A DNA stretch of 64,000 bases from an uncultured Chloroflexia bacterium. GTDB taxonomy: Bacteria; Chloroflexota; UBA6077; JACCZL01. The notes under the pieces are model-generated. The model saw only the letters and a list, made by a program, of their open reading frames with translations. It searched no databases and was not told the origin of the DNA. The translations under genes were made by a program, and so were the position numbers. Positions 9,668 to 19,966 of the stretch are shown in pieces. Every line of letters starts with the position of its first letter. Within the stretch, counting starts at the first letter, position 1. The stretch covers positions 384,001 through 448,000 of the forward strand of contig CAVXYC010000015.1 of assembly GCA_963765765.1 (NCBI GenBank), written 5' to 3'.

Positions 9668-10021
9668 GTGCAGCACCACCAGCCGCGATTGCGTGCTACA
9701 GCCTTGCCTTGGGCGAAGCCATGGCGCTCGTAAACTGGTTGACTTCTCGAGCCCCGGAATCGTCGCGAGTTAGACTCTTGGGACGCACATACGGGCGGCT
9801 TCCCATGGCCGAAGAGGTACCTAGTGAGGCCGCCCTACCTCTCCTCGAGAAGTGCGACGCAGATGACGTGCGAACGCGGCAACTCGCCGCTCTTTGCCTG
9901 ATTTAGAGGTAACGGGCGATTGGTCGAAACACCACGCCCGCACTGCGTTGTCGCTCGCCCCCGTCTGCGCCTACGCCCTCGCGAAGTGCCGGAGACGAGT
10001 GGAGGCGTGGCACACGAGGAA

Positions 10022-10729
10022 CTACGGTTCTTCCTCCGCCTGTTTACTTTGCTGAGCGGCTATAGCAATCGAGGCGATCACGACGCCCGCGGTGAGAGCG
10101 GCGGCGCTGGCTTTTCGTCCCTTTAGCCGACCCAGGCCCGACAGGGCCTTTCCTTCAGTCTTGCGGATCGGGTCGCCGGTGACCTTGCCCTCCCACTGCA
10201 TGAATGCGCCTGCCATTCGCTCTTTCAGACCTCCCCGCCCGAATGACTTCAGGGCACGTCCTACAGGTCGAGCAGGAGCGGTGAGCGCTCGTTTCAATGT
10301 GCCCAGCGCTCTACGGATTAAATCCAAGATCGCCCGAAGGAACGAGCGTGCTGCATCTACCACCCGCCCGATTGACTCGCGCAGTGCGGAAGCAGATCGT
10401 TCGGCTGCCTGCTGGGCCGGCAACTTCTCGGGTTCCTGCTCGCCCGGCGTATCCGAATCCGCCGGTGCGGCTTTGAGCGACTGTTCCACCTGTTGCCGCA
10501 CCGATTCCACAAGCTGCGACTTCAGCTCTCCAATGATGGGTTGGACAGCCTCCCCAATCTGCTTCTGGAACGCGTCAGCAGTGGTTAATCCAGCGCCCGC
10601 GGATGGTTTTTCCTGATCATCTTTCCGCTCTCGCGGCTTATCCGTTCGCGCCTGAGATTGTTGTTCTTGGGCGGATGGCTCCGCACGCGTCTTCGCCTGT
10701 GTTTTCGATCTCGTCTGTTCAGCGACCAT
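10022..10729 (-). CDS. Hydrophilic/amphipathic protein with C-terminal CsbD-like motif and TM tail
   Basis: AAGGAG RBS; GGLKERMAGAFMQWEGKVTGDPIRKTEGKALSGLG resembles CsbD; hydrophobic tail ALTAGVVIASIAIAA. Confidence 0.65.
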   Translation of the reverse strand: MVAEQTRSKTQAKTRAEPSAQEQQSQARTDKPRERKDDQEKPSAGAGLTTADAFQKQIGEAVQPIIGELKSQLVESVRQQVEQSLKAAPADSDTPGEQEPEKLPAQQAAERSASALRESIGRVVDAARSFLRAILDLIRRALGTLKRALTAPARPVGRALKSFGRGGLKERMAGAFMQWEGKVTGDPIRKTEGKALSGLGRLKGRKASAAALTAGVVIASIAIAAQQSKQAEEEP

Positions 10730-10836
10730 CACAACTCCTTCTCGCCAGCACTTCCGATGAGTATCTGGACGCGCGATTTCCTGCCCAGGCTGAATGTTTT
10801 CGACTCGCACGGCGGTCCGGCGCTCGATCGGGAATT

Positions 10837-10852
10837 CGCAGGACATGTGCCT
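10837..10852 (-). promoter_or_regulatory. sigma54-type promoter motif for 10022-10729
   Basis: AGGCAC-ATGTC-CTGCG. Confidence 0.4.
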
Positions 10853-11152
10853 AAATATGCGGTTCTGTGCTGACTAAGAGCTACTGTAGCGTCGTGGAAG
10901 GTTATTGCCTAGCGAAAGTATTCCGAACTCCGGCAGGCGGGCCCGCTTGAAGGGTTAGTCGATCATCCAGTCAGGAACCGCAGGCCTATCACCCGTCCGG
11001 TTGGCGTATTGAAACGCCATTTCTACTTAGTTACGACGGGCAAAAGCTTGATCTTCGTACCTGAGCTTGATTTCGGCGTACAGTACACTTGCGATGCACC
11101 GGGTTCTCTCCGTCTCGCCCGTGGCGGACCATGCTCGTGGAGTCAATCGCAC

Positions 11153-13953
11153 TTGTCACTACCGAGTGGCACGGTCACATTCCTGTTCACCGACATCGAG
11201 GGCAGTACTCGGCGCTGGGATCAGTTCGGCGCGGCCATGGATGCGGTCGTCGCTCGGCATGACTCGCTTACTGACCGACATTGTGTCCGGCCACGGCGGA
11301 GTGGTGTTCAAGACGGTCGGCGACGCGGTGTGCGCGGCCTTTGAACGACCGCTCGACGCGGCTGTGGCCGCCCTCGAGATCCAGAGCACGCTCCAGGATG
11401 ACTCCTGGGAGGACGTGGGTGGGCTGCGGGTGCGCGTCGGCATTCATAGTGGCACTGCCTTTGCGCGTGACCAGGATTATTTCGGCCCAGTAGTAAACCG
11501 CGTGGCGCGGATCGTAAACGCGGCGCATGGCCAGCAGATTCTCGTTTCGCAAGCCACGGCGGATCTCATCATGGACGAGCTCCCGGCCGGTGCGGAGCTG
11601 AGGGACCTTGGTGAGCATCGACTCAAGGATCTTGCACGCCCCGAGCGTATCTTTCAGCTCACCGCGTCAGCCTTGCGCGTGGAATTTCCGCCACTGCGAA
11701 CGCTGGACTGGCACCCAAACAATCTGCCAACGCAGCTCACCACGCTGGTGGGCCGCGAGCACGATATCGCACTGGCTCGGGAGCTCTTGCTTGAGCGCGA
11801 GATTCGACTCCTGACGTTGACGGGACCAGGAGGGGTCGGTAAGACCCATCTTGCGCTGCAGATCGCGGCTGAGCTACTCCACGATTTTGCCGATGGCGCC
11901 TTCTGGGTGCCGCTCGCAACTGTCGCGGACTCTACTCACGTTCTTCCGGCCATTGCGAGTGTTCTCGGTGTGCGCGAGATTCAAGGGGTATCGCTCTTTG
12001 ACGGTGTTGTCGCGGCCCTGCGCGATAAACACATGCTTCTGGTTCTGGACAACTCCGAGCACGTGTTATCAGCAGCTACCGAGCTGGCAGCGCTGCTGGC
12101 CGCCTGCCGCCGGTTACACGTGCTGGTGACCAGTCGGGCTCTCCTGCGGCTTTATGGTGAGCATGACCTTCCAGTGGAGCCGCTCTCCGTACCAAGTGCT
12201 ACACGCCGTCAGACTCCATCACTCGAAGAGCTCATGAGCTACGACGCCATCAGTCTGTTCTCCGAACGAGCCCGCGCGGTGCGTCCGGAGTTCAGCCTCA
12301 CGGACGCGAACGCGGATTCCGTCGCCGAGCTCTGTCGTCGGTTGGATGGATTGCCGCTGGCTATCGAGCTGGCCGCGGCGCAGGTGCGGCTGCTCACGCC
12401 TCAGGCGACCCTCGCGCGTATCGATGCCGGACGTGGAAAGCCATCGCAGCTCCGTGTTATCGGTCATGGCCCACGAGACTTGCCCGTGCGCCATCAGAGT
12501 CTCAGTGCCAACATTGCCTGGAGCCACGATTTACTGGATGATGCCGAGCGAGTCCTATTCCGCCGGGCTCTCCGTGTTTATCGGTAGTAGCGGATTTGAC
12601 GCCATCGAACGCGTCTGCGGCCAGGATGACGAGATTGATGCCCTGGATACTCTCGCATCGCTCGTGGACAAGAGCCTGGTCAGGGTGGATGAAACCGTGC
12701 TTGAACCGCGGTATCGCATGCTCGAGACAATCCGCGCGTTCGCGGAAGAGAAACTACTGGAATCCGGCGAAGTGGAGCACATCCGTTCCGCGCATCGCGC
12801 CTATTTCGTCGAAGTGGCCGAGTACGCTGAGCAGCATTGGTGGGGCCCTGAACAGGCCCAGCTCATGGACCGTCTTCACGAGGAGCAGGACAACGTACGG
12901 TCGGCGCTTCGCTGGAGTATCGAGCGAGGCGAGGTCGAGATCGGTTTGCGATTAGCCTCCTCCATCTGGAGGTTCTGGGAAGCTCGCGGTCGACTTCGTG
13001 AAGGTAGAGAGTGGTTTGAGCGCTTCCTGGCGTTGGCTGACGACGGAGTCAGCGACGCCGTGCGTGCACGGGCGCTGAGTGGGCTCGGCATCCTGGCCTT
13101 CCGACAGGGCGACTATGGCAGCGCGCGAGATGCGCAGGAACACAGTCTTGCGATCCGACGAAAGCTTGGCGCAGTCAGCGGAATTGCCATGTCCCTCAGC
13201 CACCTCGGGGATGTAGCACGACAGTTTGGAGACCTGGATGAGGCGCGCGCGTATTACGAGGAAAGCCTGGAGCTGCGTCGCTCCATCGGATATCGCGCTG
13301 GCGTTGCGATCTCTTTGACCAAGCTCGCGCTCATCGTTCGTCTGGATGGAGATCTCGCAGGGGCTCAAGCACTGTTCGATGAGTCGTTAGTGCTTCATAG
13401 AGCGGTGGGCAATCGCTCGTGGGAAGCCGCGGTGCTCAACTACCTGGGGCGAATTGCCTTTTACCAGCATGATGCGGAGCGGGCACGGGCTCTCCATATG
13501 GAGAGTCTAGAGATTCGCCGCGAAACGGGGGAGCGATGGGAATTGGCCATGGCTCTCTGTCACCTGGGTGATGCTGAGATGCAGCTCGGTGACCTGATCG
13601 GAGCACGTTCAGCCCTCGTACAGAGCCTCAGACAGTGGCATGAGCTGGGCGATACGTGGGGAGTTGCTTACGCATTGGAGAGTCTTGGCTACCTGGCGCA
13701 CAAGCAATCAGACATTCCGATGGCGGTTCGGCTTTTCGCGGCCAGCGCTCGTGCGAGGCAACAACTACACGCACCAGCGTCCGCGGCGGGCCAGGAGCGT
13801 CTTAAACGTGTGCTCGGGGAGTGTGAGACGGCAATTGGCTCGGATGAATTTCAGCGGCTCTGGGACGCGTCAACACACGCAGGCCCAACTGAGCTCATCC
13901 AGCAGATCCTGGAGACAAGCGTGGGCGCACCACTGTCTACTTCTTCTGCGTAG
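11153..13953 (+). CDS. Class III adenylate/guanylate cyclase - NB-ARC/STAND ATPase - TPR protein (frameshifts near 11270 and 12565)
   Basis: TVTFLFTDIEGST, FKTVGDAVCAAF, RVGIHSG, YFGPVVNRVARI; Walker A LTGPGGVGKT; LLVLDN; LDGLPLAIELAAA; YRMLETIR; C-terminal TPRs. Spread over three ORFs. Confidence 0.9.
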
Positions 13954-13967
13954 ACGATCAGTCGTCG

Positions 13968-14522
13968 CTAAAAGTGCATCTGGGGAACCGCGCGCTCAGC
14001 CTCATCCGTCAGGGTGAAGAGCGACTCTGGCCCAAAGCCAAAGGCACCTGCGATCAAGCTCGCCGGAACGGACTCTCTGGCCGTGTTGTATTCCATAACC
14101 GAGTCGTTGTAGGCCTGACGCGAGAAGCCCACTCGGTTCTCCGTGGAGGAAACCTCCTCCTGGAGTGCAAGCATATTCTGGTTGGCTCTGAGCTCGGGAT
14201 AGGCCTCTGAAACGGCGAAGAGCGAACGGAGTGCGCCGGTAAGCGCATTCTCTGCCTCGGCACGCTCAGTAACCTTGTTTCCCGCGGATATAGCTCGCTC
14301 CCGCGCAGAAGTCACTTGCTCCATTACACCTCGCTCATGGGTCATGTAGCCTTTAACCGATTCCACGAGATTCGATATGAGGTCGTGGCGACGTTTGAGC
14401 TGAACATCGATCTGCGCCCAGGCATTGCGCACACGATTTCGCTTGCCTACCAGCCCATTGTAGGCGCTGAGGATGCACAGGGCGATGATCATGATGACAC
14501 CGATCGTTACAAACAGTTCCAT
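13968..14522 (-). CDS. lemA: LemA family protein
   Basis: YNGLV..RNRVRNAWAQIDVQLKRRHDLI, EAYPELRANQN, ENRVGFSRQAYND. Confidence 0.95.
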   Translation of the reverse strand: MELFVTIGVIMIIALCILSAYNGLVGKRNRVRNAWAQIDVQLKRRHDLISNLVESVKGYMTHERGVMEQVTSARERAISAGNKVTERAEAENALTGALRSLFAVSEAYPELRANQNMLALQEEVSSTENRVGFSRQAYNDSVMEYNTARESVPASLIAGAFGFGPESLFTLTDEAERAVPQMHF

Positions 14523-14549
14523 GTAGTCATCCTCAAGCAGCCGGTCTGA

Positions 14550-15553
14550 TTAGTTGATACCGGGGACTAACAGGACCATGACCAGGCCCATTCCAATTTC
14601 AAACGCCAGGAACGCTAGCATGGTTATCAGTCCAATAGCCACTGCCATCAACCCGCCGCAGATCACCAGAAGCGGGCCGACGATCAATGCCAGAATTCTT
14701 TTGTTTGCCGCCGACATCGGAGGCCCGAGCTGGCCCGTTTCATTCAAATGTGCACCCTGGGCACGGAGACGACTCAATCGCTTTGTGAGCGATGGATGCA
14801 TGTCACCAAGTGACATCGTTTCTCCGCCAAAGGTTCCGTCCTCCGCCCTGCTTGCGCGGCGACCGCCTCGGCAGGGGCGCTGCGCGCCGCTTCCATTGAC
14901 CTGCGGATTCGCTCCGCCATCAGCTTGTCGCTGACCTGCTCGCGAAGCTCGGCCATCCGTCGCATGCGGTCCGCCGTGGCCCCCTCACTCGCGGCGCCAC
15001 CGCCCACAATGAACAGATGCGACGCCCATTCGCCACCGGGGATGAGTCCTCCACGGGCCGCGAGTGCCTCCAGCGCTCGGCCCAGGCCGTCAGGATTTCT
15101 CGTGAGCTGCACCGCCGTAGCGTCGGCCAGGAACCGTCGGGTTCGCCAGGCCCAGGCAATGGACTGTCCCATGAGCACGCTGCCTACAACGGTGAGGACC
15201 ATTTTGCCGAAGAGACTGAGCAGCAACCAGGGAATGAGCACGATTCGGCGAGCGTTCAATAGCACCTTCATAACCGGATTAAGGCTGTGTGCCTCAGGTG
15301 CGTCCAGGATGACGTTGATCTCGTTCATGCGCCTATCGGCCATGCTCTCTGCCAGGAGAGAAGCGGCAATAACGGCCGGGCTTTGACCCTTGTCGCGACC
15401 ACCCGTGATGAGGAGTACTTGAGGCGCCGGCAGACCAGCGGCGATAGCCATCTCGTTGACGACGTTTACGAGCTGATGCTCCTCGAGATCGCCGGTGACG
15501 GTCTCACGCGTACCCAGCTGCAACAGTACACCGCCCGCGCCGTCATGCTGCAC
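14550..15553 (-). pseudogene. HtpX/M48-like metalloprotease relic (N-terminal truncation, internal deletion, frameshift)
   Basis: QLVNVVNEMAIAAGLPAPQVLLI, FLADATAVQLTRNPDGLGRAL and MHPSLTKRL are present; the zinc-binding HExxH segment is absent. Confidence 0.7.
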
Positions 15554-15748
15554 GCCGTCTCCCTGGTTCGAGGATGGTTGATGATCCTTCGGGACTCAAT
15601 GCGCGCCGCGGCGTGGAAGAGCGTCGCCTTTGCTCCAAGCGACGTTTCCGATGCGGGGGTTGGCGAAGTGAAGGCAGCGCTTCCCAGCCGCACTCGAGGC
15701 CAGTCCCGGCTATCATTCGAATTGACGGATCCGTTAGGGGGTAAGTCT

Positions 15749-16660
15749 GTGGAGCTGCCGCGCGAAGTAACGATTCGAGAAGTGGGAACCAGAGACGGGA
15801 TCCAGATTCTCGGTGTTCAGATTCCAACCGATCAGAAGATCGAGCTCATCGAACGACTGGTTGACGCCGGGATTCGGCGCATCGAGGCCACTTCATTCGT
15901 GCATCCGAAGTACGTTCCGCAAATGGCAGATGCCGAGGCGGTCATGCGCTCGGTACGAAGGAAGCCGGGCGTCTCATACGAGGCGCTGGTGCCCAATGCC
16001 CGCGGCGCTGAGCGGGCGCTCTCCGTCGGGGTTGATCGGCTTGTTCTTGTGGTCGCGGCAAGCGAGACCTTCAATCAGAAGAACGTGCGCATGTCCCTTG
16101 CAGACTCGTTCAAGTCGTTCGAGGAGATTGCGCGCCTAGCTCGCGAAGCGCATGTCCCCATCAAAGGTGGCCTGGCCACCTCGTTCGGCTGCCCGTATGA
16201 AGGCGGCGTCTCTGATGCACGCGTACACCAGGTCATCCAGCAGTTTGTTGATCTCGGGGCTGACGAAATTGGGCTCGCTGACACCACCGGGATGGCAAAC
16301 CCAGGCCAGGTGTCAACCATGATTCCGCCAATCCGTGAGCGTTGGCCTGAGCTACATCTCGGCCTGCATTTCCACAATACGCGCGGTATGGGCCTCGCCA
16401 ACGTCTTAGCCGGACTTCAAGTAGGCATCGCCATGTACGACGCCTCCATCGGCGGCATGGGCGGCTGCCCGTTTGCGCCACGGGCCACAGGCAACGTGTG
16501 CACCGAAGACACCGTACACATGCTGGAAGAGATGGGTGTGAGTACTGGCGCCAGTGTGAGCGGGCTCATCGACTGTGCCAGGTTCGCGGCTGATCTGGTG
16601 GGCGCAGAGCTCCCCGGCCAGGTCATGAAGGCAGGTCCCAGAGCACAAATCGCCGCTTGA
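15749..16660 (+). CDS. hmgL: Hydroxymethylglutaryl-CoA lyase
   Basis: IREVGTRDGIQ, TSFVHPKYVPQMAD, LADTTG, LHFHNTRG, GGCPFAPRATGNVCTED; probable start GTG 15749. Confidence 0.92.
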   Translation: MELPREVTIREVGTRDGIQILGVQIPTDQKIELIERLVDAGIRRIEATSFVHPKYVPQMADAEAVMRSVRRKPGVSYEALVPNARGAERALSVGVDRLVLVVAASETFNQKNVRMSLADSFKSFEEIARLAREAHVPIKGGLATSFGCPYEGGVSDARVHQVIQQFVDLGADEIGLADTTGMANPGQVSTMIPPIRERWPELHLGLHFHNTRGMGLANVLAGLQVGIAMYDASIGGMGGCPFAPRATGNVCTEDTVHMLEEMGVSTGASVSGLIDCARFAADLVGAELPGQVMKAGPRAQIAA

Positions 16661-17207
16661 CCCACGGCCGCTCGCGAGCAATTACACTCAGGGATATACG
16701 TTTGTCAGTGGGCGGACCCAGACTCCCTGGTCGGTTGCGGCGTACAGATTGGTTCCGTCAATCGCGATCACGAGCGACTCAACCGACCCTGGCGCCGTCC
16801 CGAGATCTCGCCACGATGCACCGGCGTCGGGCGTGCAGAACGCGCTCGAGGTGACCCCCTGGGCTGACCACTTTGCCTCTCAAACGTTGTTGCCGCCACA
16901 CAAGCGCGCTGTGGATCGCCTGGATATTGAGTGAGTCCTTGAAGCTCAATGTACGGATGGCCAGCTTCAAAGCTTCGTGATGGAAGGAGGCCAACTTCTT
17001 GCCAGGTTGAGTCTCGATCGTCCAGACGATAGAGGCCAAATCCCGGCGATCGAGCGTCCTTGACAGTGAGCAGCCAAATCTTGGGCGTTGGACCGGCCAG
17101 AGGCTCGCGCGGGTACTCCGGCCGATGTTCAAAGAGTTTCGATCTGGTGTCTCCCTGGTCCACGGACTCCAATCAGGTCTTGCCCTGAGAGGTCAGAGCT
17201 CGAAGCC

Positions 17208-17957
17208 TCAGTGGAAGACTCTTCCGCCGTCGATAACCAGTGTCTGGCCCGTGGTGCTGTCCGTACGGGCGAATGCAAGCACTTGTTCGGCCACGTCTTC
17301 CTTATAGGCGGCCCTCTTCAAGAGCGCTCCATCGCGCGCTGACTGAGCAGCTTGCGGTGTGAGGTTCTCCGTCATACGTGTTCCCTCGAGCAGGCCGGGC
17401 GCCACGCAGTTCACCAGGATGTCCGGAGCAAGTGCTACGGCCATGCAGCGTGTCAGGTGATTCAGTCCGGATTTCGAGACCGCGTAGGCGATGGAGCTAC
17501 CGCCGGGATTCAGCCCCGCCACTGACGAGATATTGATGATGCGACCGACGCCCTGCTGTTTCATGACGGGCGCTACGGCCTTGATGCAGCGGAACGGGCC
17601 GGTGAGATTCGTTGTGAGGATCTTGTTCCAGAGCTCGTCTGTCAAACCGTCGAGGTTGGTGAACGCGACCGACTGGTTGAATGCCGCGTCATTTACGAGA
17701 ATGTCGATCGCGCCGAATTCGGCCATCGTCTGCTCTACGAGCTTTTCGCAGCCCTCCACCGTGGCTACGTCGGCTTGGAACGGGACCACCCGCGCATCGG
17801 CTCGACTCAGCTCTTTCGCACGCTTGTTTGCCAACTCCGCCGATTCGCGATATACCAGTGCAACGTGTGCCCCCGCCAGGGCAAATCTATCCACGATCAC
17901 TCCGCCAAGCCCGCCGGTACCTCCGGTGACAATGGCAACTTTTCCAGCTAGATCCAT
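17208..17957 (-). CDS. SDR family oxidoreductase
   Basis: TGGTGGLG, YAVSK, NCVAPG, TGQTLVIDGG. Confidence 0.93.
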   Translation of the reverse strand: MDLAGKVAIVTGGTGGLGGVIVDRFALAGAHVALVYRESAELANKRAKELSRADARVVPFQADVATVEGCEKLVEQTMAEFGAIDILVNDAAFNQSVAFTNLDGLTDELWNKILTTNLTGPFRCIKAVAPVMKQQGVGRIINISSVAGLNPGGSSIAYAVSKSGLNHLTRCMAVALAPDILVNCVAPGLLEGTRMTENLTPQAAQSARDGALLKRAAYKEDVAEQVLAFARTDSTTGQTLVIDGGRVFH

Positions 17958-18036
17958 GGTGACCCTCACATCAGCGCTTCGGGCCGAATAGTAGCAGGGC
18001 CGATGTGAGTCGCGGTCGAATTGAGTGAGAAGTCAG

Positions 18037-19095
18037 CTAGCGAACAGACGTAGCCGAGTGGTGAGCTTGGTTCTCGGGCCTCTGATTCAAGCGTTCAGCG
18101 GCCCGCTCCCCCAGAGTGGTGACTGCCCGATACCAACCAGTCGATGACCGAGCGATCTGTCCACCCTCCCTCAAGCCAGACTCACCTGGCTTGCTTTTCG
18201 GAAGGACAAATCGGTTCACCAATGAGAGCAAATCCACCGTAAGACCTGGAAATATTCCATGGAACGTGGCCGCTGTCACCGCAGGTAACGAAAGGACTCG
18301 GTCGGGCTCGCCCCGCTCAAGCGCCGAGATGACCTGTTGAGCGGCGCGATCCGCGTCCATTGCAAGCAATGGGGCGCTTGCCCCCAGCCCGAACCAGGTC
18401 AGCTCGTCTTCCTGGCGACCTTTGAACTGCGCGTGCAGATGAGAGCCCGTGCGCATCAACCCCGGCGCGATGTTGGTGACATGAACGCCGTGCTGTCGAA
18501 CTTCCGCGGCCAGTCCTTGAGTGAACCCAACTGCCGCGAATTTCGCACTGGAGTACGGAAGCAGGTGCGGAACGCTGATCTTCCCGCCGATCGAGGTGAT
18601 ATTGACAATGTGACCCCGACGGCGTTCGATCATCGAAGGTAAGACGGCGAGCGACGTGTTGACCACTCCCCAGTACATGACGTCCATAGCTTCACGAAAG
18701 TCACGGATGTCCATGGTCTCCACGGGGCCCACCTGGATGATGCCGGCAACGTTGATCAGGATATCGATGGGTCCGAGACGTTCAGTCGTTTCTCGGGTGA
18801 CGTTTTTCATCTGCTCGGGATCCGAGACGTCGCCCGGAATTGTAAGGATGCTTGCGCCGGTGTTGGACTCGAGCTTCTCCCTGGCGCGCTGCAGCGTCTC
18901 GCTGTCGCGGGCACAGATGGCGACCCGACAACCCTGCTGAGCCAGCTTGCCAGCCAACAAAAGTCCCAGGCCGCGGGACCCTCCAGTGATCAGTGCCACT
19001 TGTCCGGTGAGATCGTCGGGGCGGCGTGCCTTCTGTCGTAGCAACAGGCCACCGAGGAGGCCAACGGCCGCTATGCTGCGCATTGTTCCTAGCAT
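18037..19095 (-). CDS. SDR family ketoacyl reductase with N-terminal hydrophobic segment
   Basis: TGGSRGLG, SIGGKISVPHLLPYSSAKF, PGLMRTGSH. Confidence 0.93.
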   Translation of the reverse strand: MLGTMRSIAAVGLLGGLLLRQKARRPDDLTGQVALITGGSRGLGLLLAGKLAQQGCRVAICARDSETLQRAREKLESNTGASILTIPGDVSDPEQMKNVTRETTERLGPIDILINVAGIIQVGPVETMDIRDFREAMDVMYWGVVNTSLAVLPSMIERRRGHIVNITSIGGKISVPHLLPYSSAKFAAVGFTQGLAAEVRQHGVHVTNIAPGLMRTGSHLHAQFKGRQEDELTWFGLGASAPLLAMDADRAAQQVISALERGEPDRVLSLPAVTAATFHGIFPGLTVDLLSLVNRFVLPKSKPGESGLREGGQIARSSTGWYRAVTTLGERAAERLNQRPENQAHHSATSVR

Positions 19096-19107
19096 AAAGG
19101 AGGGTGG

Positions 19108-19123
19108 TGCAATGTCTGTGCCG
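19108..19123 (-). promoter_or_regulatory. sigma54-type promoter motif for SDR 18037-19095
   Basis: CGGCAC-AGACA-TTGCA, near-perfect; predicted +1 near 19097. Confidence 0.6.
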
Positions 19124-19206
19124 AGGGAACTATGACCGCCTGGTGCGATCGGGGTGACGGATATGGTCGGCGACGCCGTAGGGACAGCCCGGCTCAGTCC
19201 ACGACG

Positions 19207-19665
19207 CTAAGCGACAAGCCCACGCAGTCGATGCCAGAGACCATGCATGCGTGATCGTCGTGACTCTTTCTCCGCGAACAGAGGTTCGGGAGACACCCAT
19301 TCACGGGGCTCCTGGTCCAAGAGATATACAACTCCCCGCTGCAGTCCGTAAGTTGAGAGATCGGTGAGTCCCAAAAATTCGGCGCCGTTGGTCACCTGCC
19401 AGGTCACGAGCTCACCGTGCGGATCAACAGTTGCCACGACCTGTATTCGCTCGTAACGATAATTCTCTTCATCGTCGATCCCGATGAATCTCGCCAGCAC
19501 CCACGTCGCCTGATCCGGCGTGGAGAGAACGCGCCAATGGCCGGCATCAGGCTCACCCCACCGCGCGCGACCGAGCGACTCCAGCGCTCCCTGGACCATG
19601 GGTTCTAGAGATGCCCCGGCCTGAGCTAATGTGCGTGTCCAGTCACCCGTGGAGGGGCCACTCAC
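19207..19665 (-). CDS. Hypothetical protein
   Basis: 152-aa ORF, GTGA-coupled to the upstream Zn-finger gene. Confidence 0.65.
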   Translation of the reverse strand: MSGPSTGDWTRTLAQAGASLEPMVQGALESLGRARWGEPDAGHWRVLSTPDQATWVLARFIGIDDEENYRYERIQVVATVDPHGELVTWQVTNGAEFLGLTDLSTYGLQRGVVYLLDQEPREWVSPEPLFAEKESRRSRMHGLWHRLRGLVA

Positions 19666-19904
19666 CGTGTGGACGAATGCGGCTCAGATTCCGCCTCGTC
19701 CGATTGTCGTCGGGCACGACGTAGTAATGATTCGTAGCATTGCGAGCACACGATGCTTGACCCGTCCGGGGCCATATATGGCTCCGTTTCCAGGTAGCCA
19801 TCACCGATGATGATCGTGCACTCCTCACATTGGCGGAGGTTGCTCCCCGGTGGTGGGACGAAGACGTCTTCGTCTGGGATCCGGGTCAATCTCAATGGGC
19901 TCAT
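19662..19904 (-). CDS. Small putative C4 zinc-binding protein
   Basis: CEEC-x21-CSQC; GAGGT RBS. Confidence 0.65.
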   Translation of the reverse strand: MSPLRLTRIPDEDVFVPPPGSNLRQCEECTIIIGDGYLETEPYMAPDGSSIVCSQCYESLLRRARRQSDEAESEPHSSTR

Positions 19905-19966
19905 TCAACCTCACCCCGTGGTGTGTAACGGCATTGTACCGTGCGCCTCAATCAAGCCTGTGCCAA

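Noticed and set aside
16768-17172. Overlapping 117-134 aa ORFs between hmgL and the SDR
   Set aside because: No recognisable motifs or RBS; cannot choose a frame.
19946-19965. TGGCACAGGCTTGATT upstream of the Zn-finger gene
   Set aside because: Good -24 box but lacks the -12 GC, so not counted as sigma54.
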